Source: an archaeon (GTDB taxonomy: Archaea > Iainarchaeota > Iainarchaeia > Iainarchaeales > 0-14-0-20-34-12). Taken from it: a DNA stretch of 52,038 nucleotides. The stretch lies in assembly GCA_038046645.1 (NCBI GenBank), contig JBBSVU010000017.1, positions 1 through 52,038 of the forward strand, written 5' to 3'. Every line of letters starts with the position of its first letter. Position 1 is the first letter of the stretch. A model generated the notes under the pieces. It was not told the origin of the DNA and made no database searches. It saw nothing but the letters and a program-made list of their open reading frames with translations. Shown here in pieces: positions 29,021 through 37,770 of the stretch. The position numbers were made by a program, and so were the translations under genes.

Positions 29021-30649
29021 TTATTTAAATTCGAACAATTTTGTCTGCTTGTCTTTTGCTGCTTTCGGTTTTATTTCAGATTCTTCATCAAAAGCAGCAT
29101 CTTTTTGCATGCCTGAAAGTATTTTGTGCATTTTTTTCTCTTTATGGTGCGCAATCCAGTAATATGCCTCATCCCTAGTTCCTTTTGCCATCAATATAAT
29201 TACTTTCCCTTCATCTAACCTGCCTGTCCTTCCTCTTCTTTGTATTGTCCTTATTTCGCTTGGCACAGGCTCGAATAAAATAACCAGATCACAGCTTGGA
29301 ATATCCAAACCTTCTTCAGCGACCGATGTCGCTAAGAGAACATTGTATTCTCCTTGCCGGAATTTTAAAATTGTTTCTGATTGTTCATTTTGGGTCATTC
29401 CTTTTACAGTTCCTTTGTCTGCCTGCCCTACAAATTCCCTTGCCTTTATGATTTTTGAATCTTTCAAATGCAAATAAACATTCGTAATGGAATCACGGTA
29501 ATGGTTGAACACTAAAACCCTTGAATTTGGATTGTTTGCTAAATAATCTTCAAGAATATCCTTAAGTTTCTGGATTTTCGGGTGTTCAATCCCTTCTCTT
29601 TTCAATTTTTCAGTCAGCTGAACCGCTTTTTTTATTCTGTCATCATTCATTAGGCCTTTTACTGCCTTAGTCGCTTCCTTGTTCAGTATTTTCTGTTCAA
29701 GCCTGAAAAAATATTTATTCAAGGAATCAATTCCTTGGGTTTCAATTAAAATTAAGGAATGCATTACATTCATCATTGCCGCAATCTTGCTTGCTGCAGC
29801 AAATAAGCTTGGCTGTCTTCTACCCCGTATTGCCAAATTCCTTGAAACCTTCTTTTGCAGCACAAGAAGATTTTTTCTTGAGAAAAAATTCAGGTTATCT
29901 GTGTGTGAAACGCCCATTCTGTGCAATTCTGCAGCTTTTTCTGCCAGATACTGCTTGAAAAGCAAAATTATTTCATTAAATTCTTTTGGCAAATCAACCG
30001 GAACATATTCAACATTGATTTCTTTCACATATTCTCTTACATCCTCATCCTTATGTGTCCTTACCTCAATGTTTTTGATGAAAAGATTGTCCGCAATCTT
30101 CTGAATCTTCTCCTTTTCCCAGCCTGGCGAGGCTGTCAGGGCAACAACAAGTGGATTTTTAGCTGTTTCTGAATAATTCTTTGAAACAAACACATAACTG
30201 TAATTGCCAATAGCCCTATGTGCCTCATCAAAAACACAAAGCGAAACATTTTCTAGGGAAATTAATCCTTTTTTTACATCATTTGCGATGCATTGAGGTG
30301 TTGAACAGATTATTTTTGAATTTTCAAACATTTTTTGCCTTTCTTTTGGCTTTATTGTTCCAGTAATGCAGCAAATCTCTTCTTCTTTTACTTTTGTGAA
30401 TCTAAAAAATGATTTTTGATGCTGCAAAGCTAATGGCCTGGTAGGGGCTAGTATCAAAATTTTGGATTCTGGGAATTTTTCAATCCTTTTTACTCCGATT
30501 ACTACTGCCAAAATTGTTTTTCCCAAAGCTGTTGGGGCTACAACCAGTGAATTGCCTTTTTCCAGAACACTTGAAACAATATCTTCCTGATATTGTCTTG
30601 ATTCTATTGTATTTTCCTTTATTAACGCGTGATTAACAAAATTTTCCAT
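29021..30649 (-). CDS. Hef/FANCM-like SF2 helicase (helicase half)
   Basis: PTALGKT, DEAH, TASPG, TSVAEEGLDIP and QRRGRTGR motifs; C-terminal QTKLFEF PIP-like box. Confidence 0.93.
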   Translation of the reverse strand: MENFVNHALIKENTIESRQYQEDIVSSVLEKGNSLVVAPTALGKTILAVVIGVKRIEKFPESKILILAPTRPLALQHQKSFFRFTKVKEEEICCITGTIKPKERQKMFENSKIICSTPQCIANDVKKGLISLENVSLCVFDEAHRAIGNYSYVFVSKNYSETAKNPLVVALTASPGWEKEKIQKIADNLFIKNIEVRTHKDEDVREYVKEINVEYVPVDLPKEFNEIILLFKQYLAEKAAELHRMGVSHTDNLNFFSRKNLLVLQKKVSRNLAIRGRRQPSLFAAASKIAAMMNVMHSLILIETQGIDSLNKYFFRLEQKILNKEATKAVKGLMNDDRIKKAVQLTEKLKREGIEHPKIQKLKDILEDYLANNPNSRVLVFNHYRDSITNVYLHLKDSKIIKAREFVGQADKGTVKGMTQNEQSETILKFRQGEYNVLLATSVAEEGLDIPSCDLVILFEPVPSEIRTIQRRGRTGRLDEGKVIILMAKGTRDEAYYWIAHHKEKKMHKILSGMQKDAAFDEESEIKPKAAKDKQTKLFEFK

Positions 30650-30769
30650 ATACAACCAGTTTTCTGCCTTATTTTAAGGAATAGCAAACTATTTAAATTC
30701 CTTTTATCAATATAAACCTATAATAAACTTATTCAATGTGTTTTTACACATTGTTATCGGAGGAATAAT

Positions 30770-30982
30770 ATGGTAGAATTGCCAACAGCCGCAGTTGATA
30801 GGGTAATTAGAAAAGGCGGTGCTGTCAGAGTAAGCGAAGGGGCAGCAAGAGCCTTGGCTGAACATTTGGAAGAGGAAGGAATCAAGGTAGCACAAAAAGC
30901 AGTCAGCTTTGCCACTCATGCAAAGAGAAGGACTGTTACAGAAGAAGATATCCGCTTAGCGGTAAAAACAAAGGAAGTTTAA
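30770..30982 (+). CDS. archaeal histone
   Basis: ELPTAAVDRVIRK.GA.RVS and HAKRRTV..EDI motifs; GGAGG SD. Confidence 0.95.
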   Translation: MVELPTAAVDRVIRKGGAVRVSEGAARALAEHLEEEGIKVAQKAVSFATHAKRRTVTEEDIRLAVKTKEV

Positions 30983-31026
30983 ACTTCCTTCTTTTATCCT
31001 ATTTTAGGATTAATTTGGGTATTATA

Positions 31027-31614
31027 TTAATTTCTAATTAATTTCTGGATTCTTTTATCCACTTCTTTAAACACTTCATCTTCACCCAGCTTGTCTGTAT
31101 TCAAGACAACATCAAATGGATTAAAATCCCTGCCAAAGTCAATGCCATAAAGCTTTTTGTAGATCTTTTTATCTGTCTCAAGCCTTTCTTTCATCTGCTT
31201 GAGCAAAGGTTTCCAATTTTTCTTGTCTCTGCCTGCAGCCCTTTTTGCCCTTGCTGTTGGGGAAGCATCAATCCAAACCTTAATCAGGCCTTTTTTCTTA
31301 GCAAGCCATGGCATGGTTCTTGAATCCACAATCAAATTATCCTGTTTTCTGATAGTTTCAAGCAGTTTCTTATCCAGCAGCTTATCAAGCTTCATATCCT
31401 TCAATCTTTCCTGATTGTATTTTTTGCCGGCAGCAGATTCCCACCAGCCTTCCCCCTTTTTTGTTTTAGTTACATCAATCCTATCTGCATTTTTATCTTT
31501 CAAATCCTTCAGGATGCTGGAAGCAAAAACAGTTTTCAATTTATACTTAGCAGCAAGCTTCTCCACAAGCGTGCTTTTACCAGAACCCGGCAAACCGCAG
31601 ATAATGAGAATCAT
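31027..31614 (-). CDS. cmk: cytidylate kinase (archaeal type)
   Basis: GLPGSGKST and YKKLYGID motifs. Confidence 0.85.
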   Translation of the reverse strand: MILIICGLPGSGKSTLVEKLAAKYKLKTVFASSILKDLKDKNADRIDVTKTKKGEGWWESAAGKKYNQERLKDMKLDKLLDKKLLETIRKQDNLIVDSRTMPWLAKKKGLIKVWIDASPTARAKRAAGRDKKNWKPLLKQMKERLETDKKIYKKLYGIDFGRDFNPFDVVLNTDKLGEDEVFKEVDKRIQKLIRN

Positions 31615-31649
31615 AGTATTATCATAACTCTTTTGTTTTTAATATTTCC

Positions 31650-31928
31650 TCACCTTCTATAAATATCGTCATGATGCTGCAAATCCTCAAACCTTATTTT
31701 CTGGCTTTTTTTGTCAAACTTGAATATCATGACAAAATGGGAATCTATGTGAACCCTTTTGAATTCTTTTAAATCATGTGAAAGGTTCTTGTAATGTTCA
31801 ATATCTTCGCTTGAGCAGATCTCATCAATCTTTTTTAGGGTTATTTCAAATCTAGTCTTGTCTTTTTTGGAAAGTTTTTTTAGGATCTTTTGCAGTTTAT
31901 TGCTGATCTCAAAATTATGCCCTTTCAA
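31650..31928 (-). CDS. RelE/YafQ-family toxin
   Basis: HYKNL..KRVHI..HHDDIY pattern; overlaps the upstream antitoxin. Confidence 0.8.
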   Translation of the reverse strand: MKGHNFEISNKLQKILKKLSKKDKTRFEITLKKIDEICSSEDIEHYKNLSHDLKEFKRVHIDSHFVMIFKFDKKSQKIRFEDLQHHDDIYRR

Positions 31929-32157
31929 GCTCTTTCCTCAATTCTTCAACATTTGAAAAAGCCTTGAACTTTCCTTTGTCCACTTTTAGGAGTTTTTCCT
32001 TGTATTCAGGCCTTAATTCTGGTTCTAAGAGGGTTTGTTCATATTTTTGTATGACTAAGTTAATGGCTTCTGATTTATTTTTCAAGCCATACTTACCTTT
32101 TACGATGTTTAATATCCTATCTTGTTCTTCTTGGATAGTTATTACTGCTTGGACCAT
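31915..32157 (-). CDS. DUF2683-like antitoxin
   Basis: MVQA..ILNIVK.KYGLK.KSEAI..LEPELRPEY pattern. Confidence 0.8.
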   Translation of the reverse strand: MVQAVITIQEEQDRILNIVKGKYGLKNKSEAINLVIQKYEQTLLEPELRPEYKEKLLKVDKGKFKAFSNVEELRKELERA

Positions 32158-32233
32158 TAAGATCACCTATTATTATTAGTAATGAAATATAATAAAAAGT
32201 TATGTTTTGTAATGTTTATGAAATAATGTACAT

Positions 32234-33067
32234 TCAGAATTCAATATGGTCAGCATCTCCAACAACAATTCTGCCTAAATTTGTATTCGGGTTAACTACA
32301 ACAAAAAAGCATTTTTTTATTTCTTCATTTAAATCTGCCTTTTTACTGTGTCTGCCCAATTCGCTCATCTTAACGCCAGCCCGCACTAATGTAAAATAAT
32401 GTTTCTTGAATTGTTTTTGCAAAGATATGCCATTTTTTACTTGACTCATATCAAATCCGGAAAATTCTTTAACCTTAAATTTGCCATTTTGAGAAAGATC
32501 TTCAACCACGATTCCATCCATGCCCCCCTCGAATCGCATGGTTCTTGCAAATCCCACAGCAGGAATCCCTAAAGAAGCAATTCTTTGCATTGCTTTCTGC
32601 TCATTTTCCAAAAATTTAAATCTGCCAGGTTTTAAGAAAATAGTGCCATCAAAAAATTCAGCATTTTGCCCATGCCTTGATAGTTCGATAACTGGAGATT
32701 TTGCTTTTTTTGACAAAGCTAGTTTATGAAGATTGACCATTAAGTCAGGCAATCTATATACTTTTAATGCAAGCATCATTTTTTTACCTGTTTTTGGATC
32801 TCTAACAGGGTTCAATGAGAGCACTACCCTTCCTTGCCCAATGCCTAAAATCCGGCTATCTGCTTTCGTGAAGTAGCCCTTGCGCATATCTGAAAAAATC
32901 TGGCCATTCCCCGCTAAAATAGCAGCATCTGAAATAGAATTTAATGCAGTTGACCCTCTTCTCGCAGCTTCTTTTGCAATCCTTCTCCTTGGCCTACTTG
33001 ATTTAATCCTGTGCCTTTGCTTTTTTGGCAAAGTTGAAAGATTAACCCTTCGTGGAATTTTCGGCAT
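32234..33067 (-). CDS. orphan protein with basic leader and degenerate kinase-like fold
   Basis: LGIGQGRVV Gly-loop, LALKV, helix-C Glu (ENE), VVEDL hinge and terminal VGDAD. Confidence 0.55.
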   Translation of the reverse strand: MPKIPRRVNLSTLPKKQRHRIKSSRPRRRIAKEAARRGSTALNSISDAAILAGNGQIFSDMRKGYFTKADSRILGIGQGRVVLSLNPVRDPKTGKKMMLALKVYRLPDLMVNLHKLALSKKAKSPVIELSRHGQNAEFFDGTIFLKPGRFKFLENEQKAMQRIASLGIPAVGFARTMRFEGGMDGIVVEDLSQNGKFKVKEFSGFDMSQVKNGISLQKQFKKHYFTLVRAGVKMSELGRHSKKADLNEEIKKCFFVVVNPNTNLGRIVVGDADHIEF

Positions 33068-33214
33068 ATTACTTATTATTAATCAAAATCTATTTATAAT
33101 ACTTAAATCTACCTTCTATGAGTAATCAAAAACAATTCAATCAGTGTGTTGCATGATATTTATCAAATATGCAATATATTTGTTTTATATGCGCAACACA
33201 CCGCTGGTGATTCT

Positions 33215-34435
33215 ATGAAGTATGAGGATTTTATTGATGAACATTACAAACCAAAAAAGACCGATTTAATTTGTAAATTCAGGTTGAAAGCAAAAGGCTT
33301 TACATTTGAAAAAGCTGCTGGCGGGGTTTCTGCAGAATCAACAATTGGAACATGGACAGAATTGACAACAGAAAAAGAATATATGAGAAAGCTAGCAGGA
33401 ATTGTTTTTGAATTGAAAAACCCTTATTTTTCAGTGGCATATCCAATTGAATTGTTTGAAGAAGGAAATATGCCAAATATGCTTTCAGGCATTGCAGGCA
33501 ATTTATTTGGCTTGAAAGAGATTGATAAGGTAAGGTTAGAGGATATTATTTTCCCAAAAAAATTGGCAAAAAGTTTCAAAGGCCCAAAATATGGGATTAA
33601 TGGGGTAAGAAAAATCACAAGGGTAAAGAACAGGCCGCTTGTCGGAACAATTGTAAAACCAAAATTAGGGCTGAATTTTAAAGATCATGCTAAGGTAGCA
33701 TATGACGCATGGTTTGGGGGCTGTGATGTTGTAAAGGATGATGAAAATCTTTCCTCACAATCATTCAACAGGTTTGAGCCGAGGTTGAAAGAAACCTTGC
33801 GGTTGAAAAGAAAAGCAGAAAAGGAAACTGGTGAATTTAAGGCATATATGATTAATGTTACTGCATCTGGAAATGAGATGATTAGAAGGGCAAGGCTTGT
33901 TGAAGATTCAGGCAATGAATATATGATGGTTGATATTCTGACAGTTGGATGGGCAGCATTGCAGGATTTGCGGGATTTAAATGTTAATTTAGTAATGCAT
34001 GCACATAGGGCGGGGCATGCAGCTTTAACAAAAGATAAAGAACACGGAATTTCAATGCCTGTGCTTGCAAAATGTTCTCGCCTGATTGGGGTTGACCAAT
34101 TGCACGTAGGTACAGCTGTTGGAAAAATGTCAGAAGGAAAATCTGATGTTCTTGAAAATATTAAAGCCTGCAAGGAAGAGCTTTATGGAATAAAAAAAGT
34201 GATGCCTGTTGCTTCTGGTGGTCTGCACCCAGGGCATGTTGAAGATTTATACAAAATATTTGGAAAAGATTTCATTGCACAGGCAGGCGGAGGAATCCAT
34301 GGGCATCCGCAAGGTACAGTAAAAGGCGCTATGGCTATGAGGCAGGCTATGGATGCAGTTGTTCAAGGTTACACATTGAAAGAATATGCTAAAAAGCATA
34401 AAGAATTAGCAATTGCTTTGGAGAAATGGAAATAA
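33215..34435 (+). CDS. rbcL: form III ribulose-1,5-bisphosphate carboxylase
   Basis: AESTIGTW, GTIVKPKLG, KDDENL, HAHRAGH, GKM, SGGLHP and GGGIHGHP motifs; GGTGA SD before ATG 33215. Confidence 0.95.
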   Translation: MKYEDFIDEHYKPKKTDLICKFRLKAKGFTFEKAAGGVSAESTIGTWTELTTEKEYMRKLAGIVFELKNPYFSVAYPIELFEEGNMPNMLSGIAGNLFGLKEIDKVRLEDIIFPKKLAKSFKGPKYGINGVRKITRVKNRPLVGTIVKPKLGLNFKDHAKVAYDAWFGGCDVVKDDENLSSQSFNRFEPRLKETLRLKRKAEKETGEFKAYMINVTASGNEMIRRARLVEDSGNEYMMVDILTVGWAALQDLRDLNVNLVMHAHRAGHAALTKDKEHGISMPVLAKCSRLIGVDQLHVGTAVGKMSEGKSDVLENIKACKEELYGIKKVMPVASGGLHPGHVEDLYKIFGKDFIAQAGGGIHGHPQGTVKGAMAMRQAMDAVVQGYTLKEYAKKHKELAIALEKWK

Positions 34436-34453
34436 TTTCCATTTCAAATCCTT

Positions 34454-34762
34454 TTATTTGTTTTTTACTGAAAGTATCTTTAATCCATCAAGTTCTGGTT
34501 TAATTAAAACCTCTTCTTTTTCCTTAAATGAGTATAATTTTGCAATGTCGTTCGGGAATCTTATTCCAATTCCTGTTCCAATCCTAATTATTTTTACTTC
34601 TTTGTTCATATTTTCCCTTAATTTACTTAAACCATCATCTAATTTTTTGTTGTCAGTAATGTTAAATCCGCATTTTTCACAGGTATGTGATTCTATCTCA
34701 ACCCCATAACCAACATCAAATTTTATTGGCTTCATTTTATTTTTACATTGTGTACATTTCAT
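34454..34762 (-). CDS. zinc-ribbon + AbrB-like protein (putative antitoxin)
   Basis: CTQC...CEKC; KIIRIGTGIGIRFP AbrB-type motif. Confidence 0.7.
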   Translation of the reverse strand: MKCTQCKNKMKPIKFDVGYGVEIESHTCEKCGFNITDNKKLDDGLSKLRENMNKEVKIIRIGTGIGIRFPNDIAKLYSFKEKEEVLIKPELDGLKILSVKNK

Positions 34763-34764
34763 AA

Positions 34765-35004
34765 TTATCTTCTCATCCTGAATGCATTTATAACCCAAAT
34801 AAAGTTCTCGTCTTTTTTAATATGGACTTCTGTGGCAAAATCTCCAAATATTTTAACAAAAGTAAACCTGTTCTTGCCATATTGGCTGTTTAATCTTATT
34901 TTGTTTGGACTCAGTATGGTTACAACTACTAGATCCCAGGGAACATTATCGTGGAATGCCAAATAATGTTGAGTAGGCCTTATAGTTACTTTTGATACAA
35001 TCAA
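34765..35004 (-). CDS. small putative toxin (DUF4258/BrnT-like)
   Basis: T.H...VPW...WVINAF pattern; directly upstream of the zinc-ribbon/AbrB gene. Confidence 0.5.
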   Translation of the reverse strand: MIVSKVTIRPTQHYLAFHDNVPWDLVVVTILSPNKIRLNSQYGKNRFTFVKIFGDFATEVHIKKDENFIWVINAFRMRR

Positions 35005-35040
35005 AACACCACGAATCCATATAGTATATTTTTGAGTATA

Positions 35041-35370
35041 TTAATTAATATACTTTTTGCAGAACCCATTTCTCCTTATTTCATACCTTGCATAATTCCT
35101 TTTGACCCCTGTAATCCGTTTTCTCATTCCATCTAGCCATCCAGGATTTATTTTGTAATAAAAAGACTCTCTTAGCAGCACATTTTCATTAAGCATCATG
35201 CGGGAATATTTCTGCACGGCTTGGTATGTTACCCGCATTCCATGTTTTTGTGTCAGCCTTTGGTGCATCCCTTTTGCGGATAATGGCCATTCCCAGCATA
35301 ATAAAAAAACAATCCAGTCAGCAACAGACCTTTTGCCCCTTTTTGGCGATTGAACAAAAGCAAGATCCAT
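35041..35370 (-). CDS. small winged-helix protein
   Basis: EWPLSAK..VTYQAV..Y.IN..W wHTH pattern. Confidence 0.6.
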   Translation of the reverse strand: MDLAFVQSPKRGKRSVADWIVFLLCWEWPLSAKGMHQRLTQKHGMRVTYQAVQKYSRMMLNENVLLRESFYYKINPGWLDGMRKRITGVKRNYARYEIRRNGFCKKYIN

Positions 35371-35489
35371 ACCTAACTCTTGTTTCTGATTTATTTAAAC
35401 CAGATTCAGGAAAAATTTGGAAAAATATAAAGAAAGCAGGTAGAAACGTAAAATATTTATATTACTTTGCCCTAAATAGCTTTGGTAAC

Positions 35490-35948
35490 ATGCCATTAAC
35501 CTCGATTGATGTAAGAATCCTGAATTGCCTGGTTGAAAATCCGGATGCCAATTATAAGGATATTTCAAAGAAATTAAGCATTTCTTCCCAAACTGTTTAT
35601 AATCGTTTGAATTCAATGAAAACAGAAAAAATCCTTGAAGGCCTTATCCCAAAAATTAATCTTGAGAAAGCAGGCTATCTGACAAAGGCAATAATACTTT
35701 TCAATACTGATTTGAAGGAAAAGTCCTCGCTGATAAAGACTCTTTCAAACAGGCACAATATTGTAAGCATCCTTGAAGTTTCCGGGCCATTTAATGTGGC
35801 ATTAATTGCCTGCCTGAAATCAACAAAAGAATTGCATTCATTGGTGAAAGAACTGAGTGAAAATGATATGGTTTCAGAGGTTGAAACCCATATTGTTTAC
35901 AATACTTTTAAGGATAGTGTAATCCCATTCCCTCTGGCTGAAAAATAA
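35490..35948 (+). CDS. Lrp/AsnC family transcriptional regulator
   Basis: D.RIL..L, ISKKLSISSQTVYNRL HTH and VSGPFN; ATG at 35490. Confidence 0.88.
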   Translation: MPLTSIDVRILNCLVENPDANYKDISKKLSISSQTVYNRLNSMKTEKILEGLIPKINLEKAGYLTKAIILFNTDLKEKSSLIKTLSNRHNIVSILEVSGPFNVALIACLKSTKELHSLVKELSENDMVSEVETHIVYNTFKDSVIPFPLAEK

Positions 35949-36033
35949 GTATAAACAGTAGTGCTATTATACTACGAGAAAATAATCCTATTTTTATTAT
36001 TATGACCACAATGTTTATTAGAAAGGTAAGAAT

Positions 36034-36717
36034 ATGCGAAGAATTCCATCAAATAAAAAAAGAAATCTTGCTAGGAAAAAGTATGCTAAGCCAGAAGTAA
36101 TTACTGCAACAGGCCATAAAGCACGAACCTACTCTTCAGCAATCAGGTATGGGTTAAGAAGAGGCAGAAAAAACCTTGAGTTTTATTCAAGGGAAAATGT
36201 TGACCCAGATAGATTAGCGATGCAGTGGGAATTGCTCGAATCCGGAATCCCAGTCGAAGAACCATTTGAAAGAAAGCCAAAAGGCCCAAATCGCCTGATG
36301 GGTTATTTTTCTATGGGTGATGCCACAGTAGAAGATGTTCTGGAGAGATTAAGTCCAAAAGAAAAGCGCAGCGTTGCCAAGCAGATGATCAGCCTAATTT
36401 CAAGAATTCATAATAAGGGCATGATATTTAAACATCCGCACTTGCAGAATATTGCAATTCAAAAAGGACGGGTTAGAATAGGGCTATTTGACTTCAAATT
36501 AATTAGCAGAGTAAATGTAGACTGGCATAATCCAAAAAGCATTTTTGATTCATTTCGTGTTGAATATGGCACTTTAAGGAATAATATGATTAAGTTAGGA
36601 TTGAGTTTAGCTGAACAAGAAAGCCTATTTGAAGCGCTTATCTCAAGGTATGCTAGGTTACCAAATACTGAGAAAAGTAATTTATATCAATTAGTGAGAA
36701 CAAGAGTGTTGCTTTAA
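36034..36717 (+). CDS. orphan protein with basic leader and RIO/Kdo-like kinase fold (atypical)
   Basis: GIPVEEP, IHNKGMIFKHPHLQNI and LFDF motifs. Confidence 0.65.
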   Translation: MRRIPSNKKRNLARKKYAKPEVITATGHKARTYSSAIRYGLRRGRKNLEFYSRENVDPDRLAMQWELLESGIPVEEPFERKPKGPNRLMGYFSMGDATVEDVLERLSPKEKRSVAKQMISLISRIHNKGMIFKHPHLQNIAIQKGRVRIGLFDFKLISRVNVDWHNPKSIFDSFRVEYGTLRNNMIKLGLSLAEQESLFEALISRYARLPNTEKSNLYQLVRTRVLL

Positions 36718-36734
36718 TGCAACAATAAATGTGA

Positions 36735-37004
36735 TTATTGAACATTGGCAGCCCTTGCCCTTCTTATTGATTCATCCAATTCCCCGAAATATAATTCATC
36801 GGCCTTCCTTTTGTCAATTCTTCCAGAATCCAAATCAGACCTTATCAATCGAACATTCATTCTGAATTTAGGATCATGCCGCATCCTTTCCTGCCCAAAT
36901 TCCCAAAATGCGCTTTTCATCTTCCACAATTGTGGTTTCCAAATCAAGCGCTCAACATCCCTTCTTCGGTATCTTGGCCTTAATATTTTTACTTTAGGAA
37001 TCAT
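36735..37004 (-). CDS. small basic orphan protein
   Basis: MIPKVKILRPRYRRR start; TTTATA box about 25 nt upstream. Confidence 0.55.
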   Translation of the reverse strand: MIPKVKILRPRYRRRDVERLIWKPQLWKMKSAFWEFGQERMRHDPKFRMNVRLIRSDLDSGRIDKRKADELYFGELDESIRRARAANVQ

Positions 37005-37069
37005 CAATTAAAATACGCTTTTGTTCTATAAATAGGTTTCTTACCCTTAAATCAACTAAGCAGATTATT

Positions 37070-37438
37070 TTAAAGCAACCTTACTTTGTCCCCAATCTTC
37101 AACTTCAGCAATTTAGTAATATTCACATAGGAAATAATTTCAATTACATTTTTCGCATGCTTGCTTTTCTTGGGGAAAATAATCGCAGCAGGAATATTCC
37201 CTATTTTTATTTTATAACAGACAACAGAACCAAACTTTTTGCCATTCTTTTCAAAATCTTCAATAATTCGTTTTTCCTTTTCCAGCAAGAATTCGTTCAA
37301 TTCCTTTTCATCAACCTTGAGGTTTAATGTCCCAGGAAAAGGGCCGAAATTTAATTTATCAAGAAACTGTTTTTTGTATTCTGGCATCTCCAAAAACTGC
37401 TTTGCCCTGCCCAATCCTAAAATAACTTCACCAAACAT
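37070..37438 (-). CDS. ribK: CTP-dependent riboflavin kinase
   Basis: G.V..GLG.A..F, PFPGTLN, H..NVIEII and GDKV motifs. Confidence 0.88.
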   Translation of the reverse strand: MFGEVILGLGRAKQFLEMPEYKKQFLDKLNFGPFPGTLNLKVDEKELNEFLLEKEKRIIEDFEKNGKKFGSVVCYKIKIGNIPAAIIFPKKSKHAKNVIEIISYVNITKLLKLKIGDKVRLL

Positions 37439-37525
37439 AAGGATTTGGACTTAAGCAATCCTTTTAATATTATTCAGCCATTGTTTTTTGATCCTAGGTT
37501 CATTTTCATTACATTATTTTAAGGA

Positions 37526-37578
37526 TTCTTTTCTTTGAACCTCAAGGCCTTTCTTTTCTTGTAAAGAAAAGAAAGGGG
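37526..37578. repeat. 53-bp hairpin-containing dispersed repeat just upstream of tRNA-Ser
   Basis: Reverse-complement match (47/53) to 26666-26718. Confidence 0.85.
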
Positions 37579-37583
37579 TTGTT

Positions 37584-37764
37584 GGTGGGATGGCGGAGCC
37601 CGGTTTAACGCGCCAGCCTGGAAACCCATCTTTCTTTTTTCTTGCGAAGAAAAAAGAAAGCTAGGTGCCCCAAAGAAAAAAGAAAAATTTAAAGTAATCT
37701 TTGGCATATTTGACGGATAGCTGGTATCCTCACGGATGCACGAGTTCAAATCTCGTTCCCACCG
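37584..37764 (+). tRNA. tRNA-Ser(GGA) with 95-nt intron at position 37/38 (37624-37718)
   Basis: GGTGGGA/TCCCACC acceptor, ccagc-CTGGAA|A-gctgg anticodon arm, long variable arm, GTTCAAATC T-loop, G discriminator. Confidence 0.88.
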
Positions 37765-37770
37765 TCTGCC

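Noticed and set aside
32785..32805. RDPKTG shared between the GGDEF protein and the 32234-33067 protein
   Set aside because: In the GGDEF protein it is the standard D-x-x-TG motif; a six-residue match in a different context is likely chance
33146..33214. N-terminal extension of RuBisCO
   Set aside because: The GGTGA SD directly precedes ATG 33215
35226..35489. N-terminal extension of the Lrp/AsnC ORF
   Set aside because: It overlaps the divergent wHTH gene; the Lrp domain starts at ATG 35490
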